The translations under genes and the position numbers were made by a program. From the IMG/VR virus record IMGVR_UViG_3300017971_000065: a DNA stretch of 53,122 nt, one strand, 5' to 3'. Origin of the DNA: a virus. Shown in pieces: positions 18,343 to 24,212 of the stretch. Under the pieces are notes generated by a model. That model saw only the letters and a program-made list of their open reading frames with translations, made no database searches and was not told where the DNA came from. How positions within the stretch are numbered: position 1 is the first letter of the stretch; every line of letters starts with the position of its first letter.

Positions 18343-18636
18343 TCAGTTGGCGAGTTTATCCATATACGAGTTGATCTCGTCCTTCACCCATAGGGCCCCA
18401 GAATGTGTGTAGATGTCGATTTTCTCACTGATCGCTTTCTTGATGATTTCGTTCTTGATACGTTTCTGAACCTTGCTGTCAACGTGTTTCCCGAGTTCAG
18501 TAAAAGCATTATCAACAAGATTACTGATGAAGGCTTTTATCTCCTTTTGATACTTGCGCCAGATAATCCTCCATGCCTTGCGACACCATGCCACAAACCT
18601 GTCCCAGCGGGTTTTCTCAGTCATCTTGAACACCAC
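18343..18636 (-). CDS. Hypothetical protein (97 aa)
   Basis: Co-directional ORF; Trp/Lys-rich N-terminus. Confidence 0.5.
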   Translation of the reverse strand: MVFKMTEKTRWDRFVAWCRKAWRIIWRKYQKEIKAFISNLVDNAFTELGKHVDSKVQKRIKNEIIKKAISEKIDIYTHSGALWVKDEINSYMDKLAN

Positions 18637-18665
18637 ACCTTTTATTGTCGTTAGACTATATAAAG

Positions 18666-18872
18666 TTAGTTATTCGAGTGATTTGTACGAAGCGACAGTT
18701 CATGTCCGTTTGGACATCGATACTTCGCTGTCGTGCCTTCAATACTCTCCTCAACAGGCTGTCCACAGACCAGGCAAACCCTCATGGATTCGCTGATCGT
18801 TATCATGCTTTCAGCCCATTCTTTCTCCCTTTCATAGTCTGCAACTATCTCTTTTGCGCTTTTGTCTTTCAT
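18666..18872 (-). CDS. Zinc-ribbon protein (68 aa)
   Basis: AGGTGATGTGATG start context; CLVCG...CPNGH. Confidence 0.5.
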   Translation of the reverse strand: MKDKSAKEIVADYEREKEWAESMITISESMRVCLVCGQPVEESIEGTTAKYRCPNGHELSLRTNHSNN

Positions 18873-18884
18873 CACATCACCTGA

Positions 18885-19052
18885 TTATACTATACCAATG
18901 AAGTTCAGTAATTGACCAGTGGCCAGGAATATGTTGGCAACGACCAATGCCCAGATTAACTTCGTCAATCTCTTTTCTCTCTTTTCGGAGAGATCGAGAG
19001 TTGTATTCCACATGGTCATGGTCTGTTTATTGTTATCATTCCAGACTTCCAT
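18885..19052 (-). CDS. Small C-terminally membrane-anchored protein (55 aa, below ORF-track cutoff)
   Basis: Hand translation: MEVWNDNNKQTMTMWNTTLDLSEKREKRLTKLIWALVVANIFLATGQLLNFIGIV. Fills a gap in the minus-strand operon. Confidence 0.4.
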   Translation of the reverse strand: MEVWNDNNKQTMTMWNTTLDLSEKREKRLTKLIWALVVANIFLATGQLLNFIGIV

Positions 19053-19060
19053 TGCTGTGT

Positions 19061-19225
19061 TCAACCTGACGAGTTCCTCTGCAACACTCGTGCCAATACC
19101 CCCTTCTTACCGTTTCCATTGAGTTTATTGTATCTTTGTTCGACCTTTTCCATAACTTCTGACTGTAATACGAGATTTTCCTCTGCCTTCTCTCTCTGGG
19201 CCTTTAGTTCATCGACTGCCGTCAT
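19061..19225 (-). CDS. Small coiled-coil protein (54 aa, below ORF-track cutoff)
   Basis: Hand translation: MTAVDELKAQREKAEENLVLQSEVMEKVEQRYNKL...; starts 4 nt after the upstream stop. Confidence 0.4.
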   Translation of the reverse strand: MTAVDELKAQREKAEENLVLQSEVMEKVEQRYNKLNGNGKKGVLARVLQRNSSG

Positions 19226-19228
19226 GGA

Positions 19229-19330
19229 CTACTCCTCGAACTCTACGTCAGTCGAACCGCACTGGTCACAAGATGTTTCTGAGCCTGTCGCCGTATATCT
19301 TACTTGACAATTCAGACAGTGTAGCTTCAT
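19229..19330 (-). CDS. Mini zinc-ribbon protein (33 aa, below ORF-track cutoff)
   Basis: MKLHCLNCQVRYTATGSETSCDQCGSTDVEFEE; ATGA overlap with the upstream gene. Confidence 0.35.
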   Translation of the reverse strand: MKLHCLNCQVRYTATGSETSCDQCGSTDVEFEE

Positions 19331-19629
19331 TGAGTTACCTCCCAGAAATATGACTTGCCGTTTGTGTTCAGATATGTGTTCTGGACAGTAAAGCCAGTAT
19401 CGGTTCTCACGATAGCGTCAACGAGTTCATAGCGTTTCATCACGAACACGCCGGACACCTCGACCTCTCTATATGCAAAAACAGATGAATTGATAAGTTC
19501 GGCATAGTTGCCGTCCTCATCGAATATCTTGACTCTCTTTGGGTAGAAGTTACATTCGATGTTCTGGCTCGATTCTCCATCACCTGTGTACTCACCAGAG
19601 AACACAGCACCTACTGGCGTTCCTACCAT
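19327..19629 (-). CDS. Hypothetical structural protein (100 aa)
   Basis: ATG 19629 overlaps the stop of the upstream gene. Confidence 0.5.
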   Translation of the reverse strand: MVGTPVGAVFSGEYTGDGESSQNIECNFYPKRVKIFDEDGNYAELINSSVFAYREVEVSGVFVMKRYELVDAIVRTDTGFTVQNTYLNTNGKSYFWEVTQ

Positions 19630-20825
19630 TCTACAACACCCCCGCAACAGTGAACCTCGTTACCTCCTCCACCGCTTGCTTTCTGTATCTGAACCTCAAA
19701 TATGTGTTCAGCGGTTGGAAGGTTGGAAAGTGAACCCATGTCCTGTTTCGAGAAGTTTGGTTCTGCACCTGGATCAACATTACTTATAGAACAGATAACA
19801 GCATCTCCATTGTCGGCATCGACTATTCTTGCATTGAGTGTCGTAGAACCAAATCCAGCACGAGCCAGTAACAGTTTGATATTTGTTGGCGTTCCCATTT
19901 CTGTTGTTCCTCTGAATATGAACCTGAAGAAAGTTACCCAACTAGTGCTTGTAGAATACAGTTGAGTTCCACCAATGTTCTGAACTTTCTGTTTTTGCGG
20001 GTCTGCAAGTTCTCCACTCAACCCATCAACATTCATCTCTGCTGAACCGCCATCTTCGATGTCATCTGGTAGAGTATATCCACCAGGGACATTCTGCCAT
20101 GAACAAGAACCATCTCCATCCTCTCTCAAGAACTTGACAGCACCAGTTTCACCAGTGGACTTTATCTCAGTTCCTTCATGGGTGTGTGGTGAGCCATTAA
20201 TCTTGAACGTTTCACCAGACTGAAGGTTTATGCTACCAGATTTCTGTATAACGACATTTTTGACTGGCGTTCCGAAGTTTCTGATATATAGATTTCCAGC
20301 AGAGTCATCGAATAGAAGTCCCGCCCAACTTGATGGAAGTCTTGAAGCACTGTAAACACATCTTGAGTTCATGAACACAGCAGAACCACAACCAGAAAGG
20401 TCACTATCTCCAAAGTCGCATTCCTCCATGTGAAGTGTGCCAAGGCCAGATATGTCCTCAGTCTGAACATTATCAAGAAACAAGTGACCATCAAACGCCG
20501 TAATCTCTGGTATCCACGTATATCTTGTTCCAGTAAGTCCACCAATTCCTGTAATCGAGAACCTCCCCTCGCTGAAAGCGATAGACCCTTCGCTTCTGTA
20601 ATCAGCACCATCAATGATTATAGCGAACTGGTATAGTAATGGGTCTGGTAGAGCATTACCAACAGCAATCGCCTTTCCTATTGTCTGGAATGGTTTATAT
20701 GGTGAACCATCATTATCATCATCATTTCCACGTTCCTTTGACACATAGAAAACAACAGGACATTTATCAAAGTCAACGACTTCATTGATTATTGTCCTAC
20801 ATCCCGGTGGAAATTCTGTCGGCAT
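19623..20825 (-). CDS. Putative beta-helix fibre/receptor-binding protein (400 aa)
   Basis: Gly/Asp/Ser-rich repetitive beta-strand pattern, typical of right-handed beta-helix tailspike-like proteins. Confidence 0.45.
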   Translation of the reverse strand: MPTEFPPGCRTIINEVVDFDKCPVVFYVSKERGNDDDNDGSPYKPFQTIGKAIAVGNALPDPLLYQFAIIIDGADYRSEGSIAFSEGRFSITGIGGLTGTRYTWIPEITAFDGHLFLDNVQTEDISGLGTLHMEECDFGDSDLSGCGSAVFMNSRCVYSASRLPSSWAGLLFDDSAGNLYIRNFGTPVKNVVIQKSGSINLQSGETFKINGSPHTHEGTEIKSTGETGAVKFLREDGDGSCSWQNVPGGYTLPDDIEDGGSAEMNVDGLSGELADPQKQKVQNIGGTQLYSTSTSWVTFFRFIFRGTTEMGTPTNIKLLLARAGFGSTTLNARIVDADNGDAVICSISNVDPGAEPNFSKQDMGSLSNLPTAEHIFEVQIQKASGGGGNEVHCCGGVVEW

Positions 20826-20833
20826 TTTATCAC

Positions 20834-21196
20834 CTAATCCTTGAACGGCCCATAGTGTCCAGCTATCGCACTGGTTACGGTTTTCGTTCCTGTATCAGTG
20901 TTAGTGATTTTGATTTTCAGGAAGTCTGCGAATGGAATGACATCGATGGTATGCTGTCCAACATCGAGATATCCAGCAAGTGTCCCAACAAGATCGCTTC
21001 CATTCTCATCCCTGTAAAACAGAAGTTCGAGTTCTCCCTTGTCCTCTGCTATATCATGCGTGATCAGGCCGACAATCCTCTTGATGTGTGAGATAGGAGT
21101 GAGTTCAGTCTCAAGAGAAGCACTTGCCTCAATGTCCTCCTCAAAGACATCCATGACCTTGTCGAAAGCTAATCCGACACCAACTTGTCTTTCCAT
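20834..21196 (-). CDS. Hypothetical structural protein (120 aa)
   Basis: GGAGGTGA SD 5 nt before ATG 21196; the track ORF start at 21286 overlaps the upstream gene. Confidence 0.5.
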   Translation of the reverse strand: MERQVGVGLAFDKVMDVFEEDIEASASLETELTPISHIKRIVGLITHDIAEDKGELELLFYRDENGSDLVGTLAGYLDVGQHTIDVIPFADFLKIKITNTDTGTKTVTSAIAGHYGPFKD

Positions 21197-21197
21197 C

Positions 21198-21383
21198 CTA
21201 CTCACCTCCGCAGTCGTAATCATGCCAGCCATCCACCCCGTCAGAAATGAAGGCTTCTGGCAGGTAGTAGTGAACGATGTTCTCACCGCTTCCAGTTGTT
21301 ATATGCTTGTGCGGTATCTCACCCTGACAGTTCTTGCACGTTGGCACTTCGTGAATGTTCCAGTTAGATGGATAGTCTGGCAT
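21198..21383 (-). CDS. Small Cys/His protein (61 aa)
   Basis: CKNCQGEIPHKH; packed between neighbouring genes. Confidence 0.45.
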   Translation of the reverse strand: MPDYPSNWNIHEVPTCKNCQGEIPHKHITTGSGENIVHYYLPEAFISDGVDGWHDYDCGGE

Positions 21384-22057
21384 CAGTTCACCCCCTCAAG
21401 AAAGAGATAATAAGTCATTATCCCTCCTGTGTTATTCGTGATGATGAACTCGCACCACGAGGCCATTGCTGGGATGTCGATCATCATGTCCTGATTGGAC
21501 AAGTCCAGCTTGATTATTCTTGTCTTTCTGACGTACTGTGTCATTCCGTTGTAGAAGTATATGTCCTTCCACCTTATAGTCAGAGTCGCACCAGGAACTT
21601 CAGCATCGTGTCCAAGTCTGCCCTGAATTCTCCTGAACTTGTGATTCTGTATGCTGTCAATCTGGGCATAGTTTCCATCGTCAATCTGTGCGAAGTTTGG
21701 CATACCGTGAATGAATTCTGAGTGCATAGCACCTATTCCGACCTCAAGACCCCTTCTCGGAACGTATGGCGCATAGTATGGATAACATATCTGATCCTCA
21801 CCAAGAAATGGAAGTGGCTTTGCTGGATTACTATCTGGCGCAGATGGTTCGGCACACATGATCATTGCGCCAAGACCAAGTTGACCATCCTCCTCCAAGT
21901 TTCCGACGAATGCCCTGTCATCTGAATTGTGATCCTTGATTTCAACCGCACCTATTTCGAGGTCACTGACTTCGAGATTGGCATCTACCTTGAGTCTGCC
22001 TCCCTCAAACTCGATTTTCTCAAGCCTGTCAACGATGATGTCCAGATATTCCACCAT
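21383..22057 (-). CDS. Hypothetical structural protein (224 aa)
   Basis: AAGGAG SD before ATG 22057. The track ORF start at 22120 runs through a palindrome and lacks an SD. Confidence 0.55.
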   Translation of the reverse strand: MVEYLDIIVDRLEKIEFEGGRLKVDANLEVSDLEIGAVEIKDHNSDDRAFVGNLEEDGQLGLGAMIMCAEPSAPDSNPAKPLPFLGEDQICYPYYAPYVPRRGLEVGIGAMHSEFIHGMPNFAQIDDGNYAQIDSIQNHKFRRIQGRLGHDAEVPGATLTIRWKDIYFYNGMTQYVRKTRIIKLDLSNQDMMIDIPAMASWCEFIITNNTGGIMTYYLFLEGVN

Positions 22058-22100
22058 TTTCTCATTCTCCTTATACGTTTTTTCATATTTTCTTTCCCAA

Positions 22101-22132
22101 AATAAGTAAGTAAGTATCAATACTTACTTATT
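22101..22132. repeat. Palindrome AATAAGTAAGTA-(8 nt)-TACTTACTTATT; part of a motif shared with 48411-48430
   Basis: 12-nt perfect inverted repeat read directly. On the minus strand it reads TTTCCATTAATAAGTAAGTA. Confidence 0.8.
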
Positions 22133-22195
22133 AATGGAAAGATTTTGGGGGGAAGGGCGTAAGGACAGAGTCATCTGCCCTTCCCATTTCCAAGC

Positions 22196-22384
22196 CTACT
22201 TGTCCTCTTTCTTGGACTTGTCCTCTTTCTTTTCCTTCGGAGCCTCTGCCTTGTTCGTTGGTGTGGCCTGAGTGCCTCTCTCGATCCGCATGAACGGTTT
22301 GGACTTTTTCTCATGGCGGGTAAGAGCCTCGACACCCATGTATGTGTGTTGATAGGCAACATGGCTCGGTTTCTTTTTGCTCAT
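22196..22384 (-). CDS. Small basic Lys-rich protein (62 aa) downstream of the capsid gene
   Basis: GGAGGTCATGTGATG start context; KEKKEDKSKKEDK tail. Confidence 0.5.
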   Translation of the reverse strand: MSKKKPSHVAYQHTYMGVEALTRHEKKSKPFMRIERGTQATPTNKAEAPKEKKEDKSKKEDK

Positions 22385-22424
22385 CACATGACCTCCCTGA
22401 TTTCAGGTTCATTCACTTTGACTG

Positions 22425-22465
22425 GCAATAAAGATAAAAGGCTTACACCGATTACTCAGTGTAAG
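22425..22465 (-). terminator. Hairpin plus T-rich tract overlapping the capsid gene stop (possible attenuator/terminator)
   Basis: Minus-strand CTTACAC-(10 nt)-GTGTAAG followed by CCTTTTATCTTTATT. Confidence 0.35.
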
Positions 22466-23531
22466 CGTTTATCTGTCCGTTGATGAGTATCCTCATCCAA
22501 CGGGGCCTGATGACGGCGGGATAGGATTTCTCCCATGCCTGAACCCAGACATCGTCTGGCCTCTTCTGGAGCTTGTCGGTTCTTGTGTTCATTTTCCTCT
22601 TGTAAACCATTGTGCCGAACTTGGGCCCTTTCAGAAGTGCAATCGGGACGTTGTCATAGGTTGTGTCAGTGGTCAGGACATCCATTCCGGCTGCCTTTCC
22701 AATCTGACCGTTCATGATCCGCTGATCACCCATTGCCGAAGCGTGGATGAAGCGGTCATCCTTCAGGAGCATCCCCTCGGTTTCCTCGTCAACGACGACA
22801 GTATCGAAGGAGATGAACTCCTTCCTCCCAGCTGTCCGAAGGTTAACGAGGTCGTTGTACGAGACTACTCCCTCATCAACTGCCAGAACGTATTGTCTTT
22901 CGTCGCACCAGACGTATGTAATGGTCGAAGCACCGGGATCACCGCTGAACACTATGTGTCCAGTACGGTAATCCAGATTGTCCCACGTAACTGGGTTGGT
23001 CGTTGTGATCGAGACTACACCGAGAATAGCCTCGTCTGGGCCACCAGAGTTTGTTCCGTGAGACAAGTCGAATTCGGTTGCTCCACCGGCGATCGCTTCG
23101 TCCTCGACAAGAGCCGCATTGAGAATTTCGTTCCAGGCTCTTGCGTCTGCCTTGATGGCCATTGCGTCTGCAATGCCTTCGAGTTGCTCTTTGATCAAGT
23201 CAAAGTCAGCGTCATCGATTGCCTGTCCTGTGATCTCATCCCCACCACCGAAGTAAGTGGGTGTGACATCGAAGTTGTCCCATCTGGGTGAGACAGAAAT
23301 ATCTGGAACGTCATTGCCCTCGTCGAAGTCCTCTGCCACCATCCTGTTGACCTCGCGCCTCAAGGTCAGCTTGTCGTGTCCCTTCTGAACGGTTTTCTCA
23401 CCGAGCAGTTGAAGCGAGACCATCTTGGGCATGGCGAGTTTGTTGATGATCTTGTCCAACTGAGGCTTGATACCGCTATCCAGAACATCTGTGCTGTCCG
23501 TGAACTCATCATATTCTTTCATGTTTTTCAC
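22452..23531 (-). CDS. Major capsid protein (HK97-fold candidate)
   Basis: 359 aa, immediately downstream of the acidic scaffold gene in the order terminase-portal-protease-scaffold-capsid. Confidence 0.7.
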   Translation of the reverse strand: MKNMKEYDEFTDSTDVLDSGIKPQLDKIINKLAMPKMVSLQLLGEKTVQKGHDKLTLRREVNRMVAEDFDEGNDVPDISVSPRWDNFDVTPTYFGGGDEITGQAIDDADFDLIKEQLEGIADAMAIKADARAWNEILNAALVEDEAIAGGATEFDLSHGTNSGGPDEAILGVVSITTTNPVTWDNLDYRTGHIVFSGDPGASTITYVWCDERQYVLAVDEGVVSYNDLVNLRTAGRKEFISFDTVVVDEETEGMLLKDDRFIHASAMGDQRIMNGQIGKAAGMDVLTTDTTYDNVPIALLKGPKFGTMVYKRKMNTRTDKLQKRPDDVWVQAWEKSYPAVIRPRWMRILINGQINAYTE

Positions 23532-23565
23532 CTCAATGTTTCCGTTACCTTAACCGTCAGGGCGG

Positions 23566-24126
23566 TTAAAGTTTCCCTGCCTCCCGAGACTTTTTCATGT
23601 CGACCATGACACGCCTGATGTCATCGTCAACCCCACTGTGTTCAGCTTCCTCTTTGGTGGACTTTTCCTCAGTCTCTACGGACTTGGCCTTGGCAGAGTC
23701 CTTCTCGTCTTTTTTCTCCTCCTCCTTCTCCTCGTCCTTCTTCTCCTCGTCAGGCTTCTCTGGTTCCTCGTCTGGTTTCTTCTCCTCTTGTGACTTCTCC
23801 ACATCGGCTAACTTGGATTCGAGAGCGGCGACCTTGTCTTTAAGGTCATGGTTCTCTTTCTCAAGAGTAACCACACGTTCAAAAGCACCCGCCAGTTTTG
23901 AATAGTCATAGGTACTCGTCTTACCGATCAGACCTCCCTTCGGGTCGTCTATCTTGAAGTTCTCCATGTAGCCCTTCGGGAAAACAGTCAGACCGGACTC
24001 TGTGAAGAACACCCCGCCGATTTCAGAAGGCTCAAACGACTGAACCGTGAGTTCAGCCTTCGCCTCCTGCTTCGGCTCAGTCTGTTCCTCAAGTTCCTCA
24101 ACAACAATTTTGTCTTTCTGTTCCAT
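23566..24126 (-). CDS. Scaffolding protein
   Basis: Coiled-coil, highly acidic, with an E/K/D low-complexity stretch (EEKKPDEEPEKPDEEKKDEEKEEEKKDEKD); sits between the protease-containing gene and the capsid gene. Confidence 0.65.
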   Translation of the reverse strand: MEQKDKIVVEELEEQTEPKQEAKAELTVQSFEPSEIGGVFFTESGLTVFPKGYMENFKIDDPKGGLIGKTSTYDYSKLAGAFERVVTLEKENHDLKDKVAALESKLADVEKSQEEKKPDEEPEKPDEEKKDEEKEEEKKDEKDSAKAKSVETEEKSTKEEAEHSGVDDDIRRVMVDMKKSREAGKL

Positions 24127-24177
24127 AGGAATTCCTCCGAATTGACGGTTGTATTCCGTGACGGTGATATGTAAGTT

Positions 24178-24190
24178 CGAGTATTTATAT
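24178..24190 (-). promoter_or_regulatory. TATA-box promoter ATATAAATACTCG (minus strand) for the scaffold/capsid genes
   Basis: In the 86-nt gap between 24213 and 24126; shares the AAATACT core with the other promoters. Confidence 0.4.
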
Positions 24191-24212
24191 TTTTACCTAT
24201 CGATAGATTAAG

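Noticed and set aside
23640-23800. GA/CT-rich low-complexity tract with repeated TCCTC/TTCTC units, considered as a non-coding tandem repeat.
   Set aside because: It is in frame within the scaffold gene on the minus strand and encodes an E/K/D-rich acidic linker. The plus-strand ORF 23597..23905 (poly-Ser/Phe) is its antisense artefact.
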